From assembly GCA_035380285.1 (NCBI GenBank), contig DAOSXE010000012.1, positions 2,954 through 66,953 of the forward strand: a stretch of DNA of 64,000 nucleotides, given 5' to 3'. The notes beneath the pieces are model-generated. The model ran no database searches, was not told the DNA's origin, and saw nothing but the letters and a program-made list of their open reading frames with translations. Shown piece by piece: positions 34,525-44,589 of this stretch. The position numbers were made by a program, and so were the translations under genes. Positions within the stretch are counted from its first letter, which is position 1, and each line of letters begins with the position of its first letter. The DNA is from a bacterium (GTDB taxonomy: Bacteria > Auribacterota > Erginobacteria > Erginobacterales > DAOSXE01).

Positions 34525-35720
34525 CTTCCCTTCTCTGCGGAAGGCGCCGAGAGCGCCGGCATCTCCATAATCACCCGGGCCGCGCGGGCGGCGGCGCCCG
34601 GTTCGCCCAACTTCGTCCGTACCCCCCGGAGAGCGTCCGTCATCGCCTGGCGGCGGGGACCGGGGGCCAGCAGTTCTTCGGCCCGGGCTGCTATCTCCTC
34701 CGGACGGGCGGCGCGTTGGATGTACTCGGGAACCACGCAACGGCCGGAGACGATATTGACCAGGCTGATGTAGGGAATCTTAACCAGGACCATACCCGCG
34801 AGCCAGCTTAAAAAGCTGACCCGGTAGACGACCTCCATGGGCACGCCGAGGACGGCTCCCTCGAGCGTGGCCGTTCCCGATGCCACCAGGAGAAGATCCG
34901 AAGCCGCCATGACCTCGCGGGACCTTCCGTCCACCAGGCGCAGGCGCCCGGGAAAGGTCCCGGCCAGCGATTCGGCCATCTCCCTCAGATCCGGAGACGA
35001 GATCGGGGTGACGAATTGGATCTGCGGGCGGCGGGCGGCGAGAAGGGAAGCGGCCTCGATCAGCACGGGGTAGATTCTCCCGATCTCGCCCGGCCGGGAA
35101 CCGGGGAGCAAGCCGACCACGGGCCCGGGAGAAAGCTCCAGGCGGCGGCGCGCGGCCTCCCGGTCCGGGAAGGAAGCGAGGACATCGGCCAAGGGATGGC
35201 CGACGAATTCGGCTTCGATCCCGTAGCGCCGGAAAAATTCGCGCTCGAAGGGGAAGATGACCAGGAGCCGGTCGACGAAGCGTTTCAACTGCTTGACGCG
35301 TCCCCTCCCCCAGGCCCAGACCTGCGGGCAGATGTAGTAGGCGGTCGCGATCCCCCGGCGGCGGGCGCGTCGGGCGAAACGGAGGTTGAAACCGGGGAAA
35401 TCCACGAGGACGACGACGTCGGGACGGCGCTCTTCCATCACTCCCGCCAGGTAGTTGAAAAGGCGCCGGAACCGGCCCAGCTCCCTCACCGCCTCCCAGA
35501 TACCGACCACGGAGTGCCCGGTGATCCGCTCGACCAGTTCCACCCCGGCCGCTTCCATCTCGTCCCCCCCCATGCCGAACATCTCCAGCCCCGGCCGCAG
35601 CTTCGCCAACTCCCGGCAGAGGGCGGCGGCGTGCTGGTCGCCGGATTTTTCTCCGGCCAGGACCATGATTTTGCCGAAGGCTGGGGGGGGGGCCGTCGCG
35701 TTCACTGCCGGCTCCTCCAT
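34521..35720 (-). CDS. lpxB: Lipid-A-disaccharide synthase
   Basis: ORF 34521..35720. Motifs are present: IMVLAGEKSGDQHAA, VDFPGFNLRFA, YYICPQVWAWG, ASGTATLE. Confidence 0.9.
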   Translation of the reverse strand: MEEPAVNATAPPPAFGKIMVLAGEKSGDQHAAALCRELAKLRPGLEMFGMGGDEMEAAGVELVERITGHSVVGIWEAVRELGRFRRLFNYLAGVMEERRPDVVVLVDFPGFNLRFARRARRRGIATAYYICPQVWAWGRGRVKQLKRFVDRLLVIFPFEREFFRRYGIEAEFVGHPLADVLASFPDREAARRRLELSPGPVVGLLPGSRPGEIGRIYPVLIEAASLLAARRPQIQFVTPISSPDLREMAESLAGTFPGRLRLVDGRSREVMAASDLLLVASGTATLEGAVLGVPMEVVYRVSFLSWLAGMVLVKIPYISLVNIVSGRCVVPEYIQRAARPEEIAARAEELLAPGPRRQAMTDALRGVRTKLGEPGAAARAARVIMEMPALSAPSAEKGR

Positions 35721-35721
35721 T

Positions 35722-36681
35722 TCATTCTTCCCGGGACCGGGTCTTGAGACGGGCCAGTTTCTTCCGGGCGCGGGCGGCGTCGGTCAGAATATCGTTGGCC
35801 AGTTTCAGGGCACCCAGGCCGTGCTCGGCCGGAACCTGGGGAAGCCCCCCCAGCCGAACCGACTCCACGAACGACTGCAGTTCCAGTTTGAGCGGCTCCT
35901 GCCGCCGGGTGGCGAGAACTTCGCGGCAGATCCGGCCCGCCTCGAGCCGGTAGACCTCGGCCCGCTGTTCGTTGTAGTCGAGGGAGATATAACCGTCGTC
36001 CTGGAAGATGCGGATTTTGCGCATCCGATGGGGGGTGATGCGGCTGGCGGTCACGTTGGCGATGCAGCCGCTGCGGAAACGGATGCGGGCGTTGGCGATG
36101 TCCTCGGAAGGACTGAGGACCGGCATCCCCACCGCTTCCAGGCTCTCCACCGGGCTGGCCACCAGATGCAGGATGATCTCCAGGTCGTGGATCATCAGAT
36201 CCAGCACCACGCTGACCTCGGTGCCCCGGGGCTGATACGGGGCCAGCCGGTGACACTCGATGAAGCGGGGGGGCCGCAGGATTTTTTCCACCGCCAGCAC
36301 CGCGGGGTTGAAGCGTTCGACGTGGCCGACTTGAATCACGACTTTCCGTTCTTCGGCCACCCGGTGGAGTTCCCTGGCCTCGGCCACCGTCACCGTAATC
36401 GGTTTCTCGATGAGGAGATGGAACCCGCGCCGGAGCAGTTCGGAAGCGACCTGGAAGTGGCGGTCGGTGGGGACCACCACGCTCACGGCCTCCACGGAGG
36501 AGGGGATTTCCTCGATGCCGCCCAGGGCCCTGGTCCCGTACTCGTCGGCCACCGCCCGGGCCCGGGAAAGATCGGAATCGACCACGCCCACCAGCTCGAC
36601 CCCGGCCAGTTCCGAGTAGATGCGGGCATGCCGCGAGCCCAGATGGCCCACGCCTACTACCGCTGTCCGGACCGCGTCCAT
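35722..36681 (-). CDS. Gfo/Idh/MocA-family NAD-dependent oxidoreductase embedded in the lipid A cluster
   Basis: ORF 35722..36681. It has the Rossmann N-terminus AVVGVGHLGSRHARIY and the EKP motif LLIEKPITV. Confidence 0.8.
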   Translation of the reverse strand: MDAVRTAVVGVGHLGSRHARIYSELAGVELVGVVDSDLSRARAVADEYGTRALGGIEEIPSSVEAVSVVVPTDRHFQVASELLRRGFHLLIEKPITVTVAEARELHRVAEERKVVIQVGHVERFNPAVLAVEKILRPPRFIECHRLAPYQPRGTEVSVVLDLMIHDLEIILHLVASPVESLEAVGMPVLSPSEDIANARIRFRSGCIANVTASRITPHRMRKIRIFQDDGYISLDYNEQRAEVYRLEAGRICREVLATRRQEPLKLELQSFVESVRLGGLPQVPAEHGLGALKLANDILTDAARARKKLARLKTRSREE

Positions 36682-36685
36682 CGAA

Positions 36686-37156
36686 TCACTCCATGATCTT
36701 GAACATCATCTCGGCCTCGCAGGCCAGCTCTTCTCCGACCAGGGCCCGGGTCCGGACCTGAAGGAGAATGCGGCGCTGGCGGATGACGTCCGATTCCAGG
36801 CGAAGCTGGTCGCCGGGGATCACCATCCGGCGGAAGCGGGCCTTGTCCACGGCCAGGAAGAGGCCGACCTTGCCCCGATCCTCGGGTTTCTTGAGAAGGA
36901 TCAGACCGGAAAGCTGGGCCAGGGCTTCGAGGATCAGAACTCCGGGCATGACCGGACGCCCCGGGAAATGCCCCTGGAAGAACGGCTCGTTCAGGGTCAC
37001 GTTCTTCAAGCCCACGATTCTGGCGTCTTCTTCGTATTCGATGACCCGATCCACCAGGAGAAAGGGATACCGGTGGGGAAGGTACTCCATAAGCTGGACG
37101 ATATCGGCGCCGTCGGCCAGAAAGGCCGAACCGCCGGACAGGCGCTCCTCACTCAT
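36686..37156 (-). CDS. fabZ: 3-hydroxyacyl-ACP dehydratase FabZ
   Basis: ORF 36686..37156. LPHRYPFLLVDRV and FFQGHFPGRPVMPGVLILEA are present. Confidence 0.93.
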   Translation of the reverse strand: MSEERLSGGSAFLADGADIVQLMEYLPHRYPFLLVDRVIEYEEDARIVGLKNVTLNEPFFQGHFPGRPVMPGVLILEALAQLSGLILLKKPEDRGKVGLFLAVDKARFRRMVIPGDQLRLESDVIRQRRILLQVRTRALVGEELACEAEMMFKIME

Positions 37157-37988
37157 TGTCTGCCTCCAATATTTTCGAGGCCAGGGCCAGGTTATGAGCG
37201 TGCCCCGGCCTCAAGGCCACCACCGTCCCGCGCAAGGGACGGCCCAATAACGCCAGATCCCCGACCAGATCGAGGATCTTGTGCCGGACGAATTCATCGG
37301 GGAACCTCAGCCCTTCCTTGGAGATCACGACCTCGCCGTCCAAGACCACCGTGTTCTCCAGGCCGCTCCCCAGGGCTAGGCCCCGCTCGAAGAGAGCCTC
37401 GGCCTCCTCCAGCATTCCGAAGGTGCGGGCCGGAGCCACTTCGTCCCGGAATACCTCCGGGTCCAGGGACAGGGAGAGGTACTGGGGGGGAAGGCGGGGG
37501 AACGAGACCGCCGCCGCCACCCGCAGGCCCTCCCCGGGAAAAGCCGCCAGCAGACTTTCCCCCCGTTCCCAAAAAACCGCCGACTCGACCGCGAGCGGCT
37601 CCCGGGTACCCGGGCAGCCGGCTACGCCGGCTGCCCCGATCAGATCGAGGTAGGGCCGGGCGCTGCCGTCGCCGATCGGCAGCTCCGGCCCGTCGAGGAG
37701 AACGAGGACGTCGTCGATCTCCGCTCCGGCCAGAGCGGCCAGGAGGTGTTCGACCGTGAGGATCCGGGCGCCCCCGGGGAGCCCCAGGGTCGTTCCCCGA
37801 TCGGAGGAAACCACCGCGGAGAGCAGCGCGGGGACGGCGGGCGATCCGGGCAGATCTTCGCGGACGAAGACCGTCCCCGTCCCCGGGGGGGCGGGTTCGA
37901 GACGCATCCGGCAGGGTCGTCCGGTATGGACTCCGATCCCCCTCATCCCGACGGGAGAACCAAGCGTCTGTCGGCGCCCTGGCGGCAT
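37149..37988 (-). CDS. lpxC: UDP-3-O-acyl-GlcNAc deacetylase
   Basis: ORF 37149..38441 trimmed to ATG 37988, 2 nt after the skp stop. TVEHLLAAL and FVRHKILDLVGDLALLG are present. Confidence 0.9.
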   Translation of the reverse strand: MPPGRRQTLGSPVGMRGIGVHTGRPCRMRLEPAPPGTGTVFVREDLPGSPAVPALLSAVVSSDRGTTLGLPGGARILTVEHLLAALAGAEIDDVLVLLDGPELPIGDGSARPYLDLIGAAGVAGCPGTREPLAVESAVFWERGESLLAAFPGEGLRVAAAVSFPRLPPQYLSLSLDPEVFRDEVAPARTFGMLEEAEALFERGLALGSGLENTVVLDGEVVISKEGLRFPDEFVRHKILDLVGDLALLGRPLRGTVVALRPGHAHNLALASKILEADNE

Positions 37989-37990
37989 CG

Positions 37991-38533
37991 CTACTGCGCG
38001 GGCGGCGGCGCCGGCCGGTTGATCACCTCCAGCACCTGATCGGTGATTTCCAGCGCGGGGTCCTTGTAAAACAGGACCTCCCCCCTGAGGATGTAGCTGT
38101 AGCCCTGCTCCCGGGCGAAGACCGCTATCTTCGCCTGGATCTCCTCGGAAAGCTCCTGGGTCACCTCCATGATCCGCCCCTGCAGCTGTACTTCGGCCTC
38201 GCGGACGAGCTGCCGGAGCGTGAGCTGCTCCCGGAAGATGGCTTCCTTCTTTTTGGCCAGGGCCGTCTCGTTGAGGAGAAGCGCTTTCTGTTCGAGATCG
38301 CGCTCCATGGCCTCGATGCCGGCCCGCACCTCTTCTATTTTCGCCTCGGTCCGTTCCTTCTCGCGGACCAGGGGGCTCGATTCGCCCAGCATCTCCTCGG
38401 TCCGGTAGTATTCCTTGAAAACCCTCTCGGTATCCACCCACCCCACCCGGCCGGTACCCTCCGCGGCGGCGGCCGCGGCGGCGAAGCCCAGTACCCCCCC
38501 CAGTGCGATCGCGAGCGTGCGCATCCGGGTCAT
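37991..38533 (-). CDS. skp: OmpH/Skp periplasmic chaperone
   Basis: ORF 37991..38533. A signal peptide is followed by a long coiled-coil segment, and the gene lies immediately downstream of bamA. Confidence 0.8.
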   Translation of the reverse strand: MTRMRTLAIALGGVLGFAAAAAAAEGTGRVGWVDTERVFKEYYRTEEMLGESSPLVREKERTEAKIEEVRAGIEAMERDLEQKALLLNETALAKKKEAIFREQLTLRQLVREAEVQLQGRIMEVTQELSEEIQAKIAVFAREQGYSYILRGEVLFYKDPALEITDQVLEVINRPAPPPAQ

Positions 38534-38569
38534 AGCGTCTTCCTCCTCATTGATTGCCGCCGTCGGCGG

Positions 38570-40954
38570 CTACCATTCGTAACCGATGTTGAAATGGAAC
38601 CGGCCGCCGGTGTCGTTCCAGCCGTCGGGACCGGTTCGGAGCGGCCAACCGTAATCGAGTTTGATGGGGCCGATGGGGAGATAGAGCCGCAGTCCGATCC
38701 CGGCTCCGGAGTTCAGGGTTTTGAACCAGTCCCCGCTGAGAATGTCGAAATCCTCGGTCGCGGGCCACCCGACGCCTTCCTCGGTCCATTGCGAATCCAC
38801 CCAGACGTTTCCGATGTCGCAGAAGAGGGCTCCCCTCACCATTTCGATGATGGGGAAGGTCAGCTCGAACGTTCCCATCAGCATCGAATCGCCGCCGATC
38901 GGCTCGTAGTCGCCGTCGTCGGGATCCTGGTAGAACGGCCCCACCTCCCGGTAACGGAACCCCCGGATGGAATTGCCGCCGCCCAGGTAGAACCGTTCGT
39001 AGATGGGCACGACGTCGGTATCTCCGTAGGCAGAGGCGGTCCCGGCTCTCATCTTGAACGCCAGCACCCATGTGGGCCACCAGAGTTCGAGGTAATAACT
39101 GAAATCGTAGGTGGTCTTGACGTAATCCTTGCTCCCCCCCAGGACTCCTCCGGCGAGTTCGCAGGCGAGAACGTTTTTGGTGCCGCGGGTGGGGATGAGG
39201 AAGCTGTCGCGGGTATCGGTGGAAAGCGAGGGGACGATGGAGCTGATCCAGTTCTTCCCCTCCTCCAGGTACAGTTCGGGGAAAGCCCCGTCGGCGATGT
39301 CGGAGATGTCCACCTGCTCGAGTCGGTAGATCACCCCCCCCTGGACGATCCAGAAGAGGCGGCGGCGGAAACGCAGGTCGAAGCCCTTGCGGGATTCGTC
39401 GTATTCGCTCCAGGCCCGGTCGCGCCGATAGACGTCGAAACCGGCCGAGAGCGGGATTCCGAAGAGCCAGGGTTCGGTGAAACTCAGCTCGTAGAGGCTC
39501 CGTTCCGTGCCCAGTTCGCCGCGCAGGCGCAGTTTCTGTCCTCCCCCCATGAAGCCGTTGGCGGGGTTGAGGATATCGACGTTGCTCTGGGAGATTTCGG
39601 CATAACCGATAAAGTCGTCGATGGAGCTGTAACCGAAACCGAACATGAACTGCCCGGTCTTCTTCTCGGTCACCTTGACCACCAGGTCCTTCTGCCCCGG
39701 ATCACGGGCGGGGACCTGGTCGATGACCACCGTTTCGAAATAGCCCAGGTTAAGCAGCCTCTCCCGGCTGCGGCGCACCCGAACCCCGTCATAGACGTCT
39801 CCGGGCCGCACCCCCATTTCCCGGCGGATGACCACGTCCTTGGTGATCTCGTTGCCCTCGATATCGATCCGGTCGATGAAGGAAATATCCCCTTCCGAGA
39901 TCTGGTAGGTCAGGTCCATCCGTTCGGTGGCGGGGTTATAGGACTGGACGGGACGGATGTCGGCGTCCATGTAACCGCGGGACTGGTAGAAATCGAGCAG
40001 GGATCGGTAATCGTTGCGCAGGGACATGGGGGAGAAGACGGTGCCGTCGATCATGGTCAGGCGCCCCTGCAGCTCCTCGGCGGAGAACCGTTCGTTGCCG
40101 CGGACGGTCACCTGCCCGGTGTGGTACTGCTCCCCCTCCTCGAGATGGATGACCAGCTTCAGGCGGCGGCCGTCGGGGGTGTAATCGTAGTCGACGTCGA
40201 GGATCCTGGCGTCCAGGTACCCGTGCTCGCGGTAGTAGAGGATGATCCGTTCCTGGTCCAGGTCGAACTCCGAAGCCGTCAGAATCCCGGAGTGGAAGGG
40301 GAAGGACTTGGCGGTGGTCTGCATGACGTCTTCGAGGTCGCCGGGCTTGATCGCCCGGGCCCCGTCGAAGACGATTTCGCTGATCCGGACTTCGTCCCCC
40401 TCGGAGATGTTGAAGAAGACGGTGACCTCGCCGGTGTCCGGTATCGGTTTGACCTGGGTCTCCACCGCCGCGTTGAGGTACCCTTCCTTGCGGTAGAGCT
40501 CGACGATCTTCTCCTCGTCTTTCTTGAGGACGGCCTGGTCGAGGATCTTTCCGGGGGCGGTCGCGGTCTCCTCGGCCAGGTCGTCGGCGTCGAACTCGCG
40601 GTTCCCCTCGTAATAGACCTTGTTCACCAGCGGTCGTTCCTCGACCACGATCGTGACTTCGACAGCGCCCGGCGTCTCTTCCTCGACATCGAAGCGCACC
40701 GAGGAAAACGGGCCCCATTCGCTCAGGCGCTTCAGATCGGCGTTGACCGTCTCCTGGGAATAGGGTTCTCCGGCGCGGGTCTTGACCCGGGCCAGGATCG
40801 AAGAAGCGGCCAGGCGCCGGTTCCCGGCGACCGCGACCGCGGTCACCGTTTTTTCCCGCGCGGACCGGGCCGGCGGCGGGAAGGCGCCGAACAGGCCCGC
40901 GACGAAGATGAGCAACACCGCCCCCGCCAACGGGTTATTCGCCGACGGCCGCAT
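38570..40954 (-). CDS. bamA: Outer membrane protein assembly factor BamA
   Basis: ORF 38570..40990 (TTG). ATG 40954 is preferred because it gives MRPSANNPLAGAVLLIFVAGLF. Repeated POTRA-like units are followed by a C-terminal beta-barrel ending in ...RFHFNIGYEW. The start is uncertain by 36 nt. Confidence 0.9.
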   Translation of the reverse strand: MRPSANNPLAGAVLLIFVAGLFGAFPPPARSAREKTVTAVAVAGNRRLAASSILARVKTRAGEPYSQETVNADLKRLSEWGPFSSVRFDVEEETPGAVEVTIVVEERPLVNKVYYEGNREFDADDLAEETATAPGKILDQAVLKKDEEKIVELYRKEGYLNAAVETQVKPIPDTGEVTVFFNISEGDEVRISEIVFDGARAIKPGDLEDVMQTTAKSFPFHSGILTASEFDLDQERIILYYREHGYLDARILDVDYDYTPDGRRLKLVIHLEEGEQYHTGQVTVRGNERFSAEELQGRLTMIDGTVFSPMSLRNDYRSLLDFYQSRGYMDADIRPVQSYNPATERMDLTYQISEGDISFIDRIDIEGNEITKDVVIRREMGVRPGDVYDGVRVRRSRERLLNLGYFETVVIDQVPARDPGQKDLVVKVTEKKTGQFMFGFGYSSIDDFIGYAEISQSNVDILNPANGFMGGGQKLRLRGELGTERSLYELSFTEPWLFGIPLSAGFDVYRRDRAWSEYDESRKGFDLRFRRRLFWIVQGGVIYRLEQVDISDIADGAFPELYLEEGKNWISSIVPSLSTDTRDSFLIPTRGTKNVLACELAGGVLGGSKDYVKTTYDFSYYLELWWPTWVLAFKMRAGTASAYGDTDVVPIYERFYLGGGNSIRGFRYREVGPFYQDPDDGDYEPIGGDSMLMGTFELTFPIIEMVRGALFCDIGNVWVDSQWTEEGVGWPATEDFDILSGDWFKTLNSGAGIGLRLYLPIGPIKLDYGWPLRTGPDGWNDTGGRFHFNIGYEW

Positions 40955-42302
40955 ATTCCTCAAAACGGGTATAATCCTCGAGAAAGACAAGTTTCCTCTC
41001 CCCGGTGGGTCCGTTGCGTTGCTTGGCCAGGTTCAGGTAGGCCAAATTCTTATCTTCGGGACGGTTGTCCATAAGATCGGGGTAGACAGCGGGCCGCATC
41101 AGCAGAAAAACCACGTCCGCGTCCTGCTCGATCGCTCCCGACTCCCTCAGGTCGGAGAGCATGGGTTTATGGTCCCGTCTGCCCTCCGCCTCCCGGTTGA
41201 GCTGCGAGAGCACCAGAACGGGGATATCCAGTTCCCGGGCCAGCGCCTTGAGCGAGCGGGAGATGTCGGAAACCTCCTGCTGGCGGCTGTCGGGCCTGGT
41301 TCCGGCCGCCTGCATCAGCTGGAGGTAGTCGATGACGATCAGCCCGACGTCGAACTTGGCCTTCATGATCCTGGCCTTGGCCCTGATCTCCAGGTTGTTC
41401 ATCCCCGGGTTGTCGTCGATGTAGATCGGGGCATCCGAGAGGGCGCTGCAGGCGTGAACCAGTTTTTCCAGTCCCTGCTGGGAGAGGAAGCCCTGCCGCA
41501 GGTTCTGGGCGTTGACCCGGGCGTGGGCGCACAGAAGCCTCATGACCAGCTGCTGGCGCGACATTTCCAGGCTGAAGATCCCCACCGGAACCTTGTCGCG
41601 CACGGCCGCATGCTCGGCGATATTGAGCGCGAGGGCGGTCTTCCCCATCGAAGGACGGGCGGCCAGCACCACCAGGTCGGAGGGCTGGAGCCCGCAGGTC
41701 ATGGAGTCGATGGTCTTGAACCCGGTGCCGACGCCCGTGAGCATCCCCGCCGAGCGCTGGAGGCTTTCGACCTGCTCCATCGCCCGTTTCACCAGAACCC
41801 GCATCGGGACCATGGTGTCGCGGAGACGCCGCTGGGTCAGCTCGAAAATCCTCTTTTCGGCGTTGTCGAGCACCTCCTCGGAAGCGACTCCCCGGCAGTG
41901 ACAGGAGGTGACGATGTCGGTGGCGATGTTTCCCAGGCTCCGCAACAGGGCTTTTTCCTGGATGATTTCCAGATAGGCATCGAGGTGGGCGGTGGTGGGG
42001 AGATAGTTGAAGAGGGTGGAGAGAAACGCCCCCCCGCCGACCCGATCCAGGGACCCGGCCGACTTGAGGTGCTCGGTCAGGGTAAGCAGGTCCACGGGTT
42101 TGCCCCGATCGGCCAACGCCACCACCGCTTCGAAGATGGCGCGGTGGGGGTCGAGGTAGAAACAGCCGGCGTCGACCTTCTCCACCACCCGGGGGATAAC
42201 GTCCTTGTCCAGCAGCATCGCCGCCAGGACGCCCATCTCCGTCTCCCGGCTGTGCGGCACTTCCCTGCCCTGGGGGAAGGATGCCTGTCCCTGGTCTTCC
42301 AT
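40935..42302 (-). CDS. dnaB: Replicative DNA helicase
   Basis: ORF 40935..42302. Walker A is ARPSMGKTALALN. IVIDYLQLM and SQLNREAE are also present. Confidence 0.95.
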   Translation of the reverse strand: MEDQGQASFPQGREVPHSRETEMGVLAAMLLDKDVIPRVVEKVDAGCFYLDPHRAIFEAVVALADRGKPVDLLTLTEHLKSAGSLDRVGGGAFLSTLFNYLPTTAHLDAYLEIIQEKALLRSLGNIATDIVTSCHCRGVASEEVLDNAEKRIFELTQRRLRDTMVPMRVLVKRAMEQVESLQRSAGMLTGVGTGFKTIDSMTCGLQPSDLVVLAARPSMGKTALALNIAEHAAVRDKVPVGIFSLEMSRQQLVMRLLCAHARVNAQNLRQGFLSQQGLEKLVHACSALSDAPIYIDDNPGMNNLEIRAKARIMKAKFDVGLIVIDYLQLMQAAGTRPDSRQQEVSDISRSLKALARELDIPVLVLSQLNREAEGRRDHKPMLSDLRESGAIEQDADVVFLLMRPAVYPDLMDNRPEDKNLAYLNLAKQRNGPTGERKLVFLEDYTRFEEYAAVGE

Positions 42303-42312
42303 GACCGACCGG

Positions 42313-42756
42313 TTACTCCTTGACCACCCAGATCTTGACGTCGGCGTTCACGTCGGGAGCGACCCGGACCGGAACCGTGTAGATGCCCAGTTTCTTGATC
42401 GGATCCTCCAGCAGCACCTGCTTGCGGTCGACTTCGTAACCCTCGGCGGCGAGCGCCTCCGCGATATCCCCCGCGGTGACGGAACCGAAAAGCCGGTCTT
42501 CTTCGCCCGCGGCCACGGTCAGGGTGATCGAAACCTCGCTGAGCTTGGCGGCCGACTCCCGGGCCGCGTCCAGGCGCCGGGCCGCCTCCTTCAAGCGCCG
42601 GGCCCGCAGCTGTTCCTGCAGCTTGACCGCGTGGTCGGTTACGGCCTGGGCGAGCCGGCGCGGGAAGAGGTAGTTCCGGGCATACCCCGGAGCGACCTCC
42701 GCCACCGTCCCGGCCTCGCCCAGCCGGGGGTGGTCCTGAGTAAGAATAACCTTCAT
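42313..42756 (-). CDS. rplI: 50S ribosomal protein L9
   Basis: ORF 42313..42756. The N-terminus reads MKVILTQDHPRLGEAGTVAEVAPGYARNYLFP. Confidence 0.95.
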   Translation of the reverse strand: MKVILTQDHPRLGEAGTVAEVAPGYARNYLFPRRLAQAVTDHAVKLQEQLRARRLKEAARRLDAARESAAKLSEVSITLTVAAGEEDRLFGSVTAGDIAEALAAEGYEVDRKQVLLEDPIKKLGIYTVPVRVAPDVNADVKIWVVKE

Positions 42757-42775
42757 GCGTCAACCTCCCGAAACC

Positions 42776-43015
42776 TTACTCCCCCACGTAGGGAAGCAGG
42801 GCGATGTAGCGGGCGCGTTTCACCGCCAAGGCCAGCTGACGCTGGTGCTTGGCGCACGTCCCGGTGATTCTCCGGGTCAATATTTTGCCCTGTTCGGTGA
42901 TGAAATTCCGCAGCATTTCCACGTCCTTGTAGTCGATCGAAGCCTGGGTGGTGCAGAAATGACACTTTTTGCGGGCATACGTTTTCTTTTTCCTGGATTT
43001 TCTCAATGCAGGCAT
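42776..43015 (-). CDS. rpsR: 30S ribosomal protein S18
   Basis: ORF 42776..43015. [26 protein letters not shown] is present. Confidence 0.95.
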   Translation of the reverse strand: MPALRKSRKKKTYARKKCHFCTTQASIDYKDVEMLRNFITEQGKILTRRITGTCAKHQRQLALAVKRARYIALLPYVGE

Positions 43016-43032
43016 GGATTCCTCCGTTACGG

Positions 43033-43500
43033 TCAGAAGGGGATATCGTCTCCTCCATCCGGGGCCATTCCCGGAGGAGGCGTGTAACCGGTCCCGTCGT
43101 CCGGATAGACCTCGTCGTGCATGGTCGGCGGCGCGGGATAGTCGTCACCCGATTTCGGACCCGGGCCCGACCCGGCGGAGAGAAACTGCACCCGCAAGGC
43201 CGTGACCTTGTGCCGGCTGCGCTTCTGCCCGTCCTGGCTCTCCCAGGTGTGATATTTCAGGCGCCCTTCGACCAGAACCGGACTGCCTTTCTTGAGGTAC
43301 TGGCCGCAGTTTTCCGCCTGGCGACCCCAGGTTTCGATCTCGATGAAGCAGACATCTTCCCGGGGTTCGCCGTCGCGGGAACGGTAGGTGTGGTTGACGG
43401 CGAGTCCGAAGGAACATACCGCCGTCCCCTGGGGGGTGTAGCGGACTTCGGGATCGCGGGTCAGGTTCCCGGCCAGGATCACGTTGTTGACATTTACCAT
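43033..43500 (-). CDS. ssb: Single-stranded DNA-binding protein
   Basis: ORF 43033..43500. It has the OB-fold N-terminus [18 protein letters not shown] and an acidic C-terminal tip, DDIPF. Confidence 0.93.
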   Translation of the reverse strand: MVNVNNVILAGNLTRDPEVRYTPQGTAVCSFGLAVNHTYRSRDGEPREDVCFIEIETWGRQAENCGQYLKKGSPVLVEGRLKYHTWESQDGQKRSRHKVTALRVQFLSAGSGPGPKSGDDYPAPPTMHDEVYPDDGTGYTPPPGMAPDGGDDIPF

Positions 43501-43543
43501 CGTTTACCTCCTTGCGCCGCCCCGCGGCGCCGACAAACAACCC

Positions 43544-43984
43544 CTATTCCGCATCGGACTCCGGGGGTCTTCCGTCATCGTCATCGTCCCCCTCGTCGTC
43601 CCCGGAGCCGGACTCGTCCTCGTCGTCTCGGCGCGACAAAGGCCGGAGGGGACGGGAGGGGCGAGTTTCCGCGCCCTCGTCGATCCGGACTTCGACCGGA
43701 GCCTTGGCTCTTAAAATCAAAGCCCGGACCACGGCCGAATTGAGCTTCATGCTCGCGCGCAGCGGTTCGAGACCGGCGGGATCGGCGGAAAAGTACACCA
43801 GCAGGTAGACGCCGTCGGCGGTTTCACCGATAGGATAGGCTAAACGCCGGCGGCCCATCGGGTGTACCGACGATATCTTCCCCCCGATCTTCTCGATCTC
43901 GTTCCCGACCACTTCCTCCGGCTGGGGCCGGTCCTCGCCGACCTCGCCGGGGGCCAGGATACATACCATTTCATAGTGGTTCAA
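43544..43984 (-). CDS. rpsF: 30S ribosomal protein S6 (with acidic C-terminal extension)
   Basis: ORF 43544..43984 with a TTG start overlapping the pth stop (TTGA). NHYEMVCIL and GRRRLAYPI are present. Confidence 0.92.
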   Translation of the reverse strand: MNHYEMVCILAPGEVGEDRPQPEEVVGNEIEKIGGKISSVHPMGRRRLAYPIGETADGVYLLVYFSADPAGLEPLRASMKLNSAVVRALILRAKAPVEVRIDEGAETRPSRPLRPLSRRDDEDESGSGDDEGDDDDDGRPPESDAE

Positions 43985-44589
43985 CTGGCTCCTCCTTTTT
44001 CTTCGCCCGGGCCGTTTTCCGGCCCCGGGTTGTACTCGCTCATGGCTTTTTCCAATCCGTATTCGAGGACGACGCCCACGGCCTCGACGGCGCGCTCGAT
44101 CGCCCGGCGGTAGACCGCGATCTCTTCATCCCCCGCCTCGCCCAGGACGTGCCCGGTCAGGTCGTTCCGGGCCCCGCCCCCGATCCCGATTCTCAACCGG
44201 GGGAATTCCCTGGTCCCCAGCGTCCCGATAACCGATTCCAGACCGTGATGGCCTCCCGCGCCGCCGCCGGCGCGGATCCGCAGCCGGCCCGCCGGCAGGT
44301 TCACGTCGTCGACGGCCACCAGCAGTTCCGTCGGGGGCACCTTGAAATAATCGATCACGGTCCGCAGGGGGGGGCCGCTGTTGTTCATGAACCCCGCGGG
44401 CTTGATCAGAATCAAACGGTGGCCTCTCCAGGTCCCCTCGCCGGTCCAGGCGGCGAAGCGGAAACGCTTCTTCCAGGAGATCCCCCCCTCCCGGGCCAGG
44501 GCGTCCACCAGCCAGAAGCCGGCGTTGTGCCGCGTTCTCCGGTAGCGTTCGCCCGGGTTGCCGAGACCGGCGATTGCTTTCAAGATCAC
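43981..44589 (-). CDS. pth: Peptidyl-tRNA hydrolase
   Basis: ORF 43981..44589 with a GTG start overlapping the rplY stop. GLGNPGERYRRTRHNAGF and GHHGLES are present. Confidence 0.93.
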   Translation of the reverse strand: MILKAIAGLGNPGERYRRTRHNAGFWLVDALAREGGISWKKRFRFAAWTGEGTWRGHRLILIKPAGFMNNSGPPLRTVIDYFKVPPTELLVAVDDVNLPAGRLRIRAGGGAGGHHGLESVIGTLGTREFPRLRIGIGGGARNDLTGHVLGEAGDEEIAVYRRAIERAVEAVGVVLEYGLEKAMSEYNPGPENGPGEEKGGAS

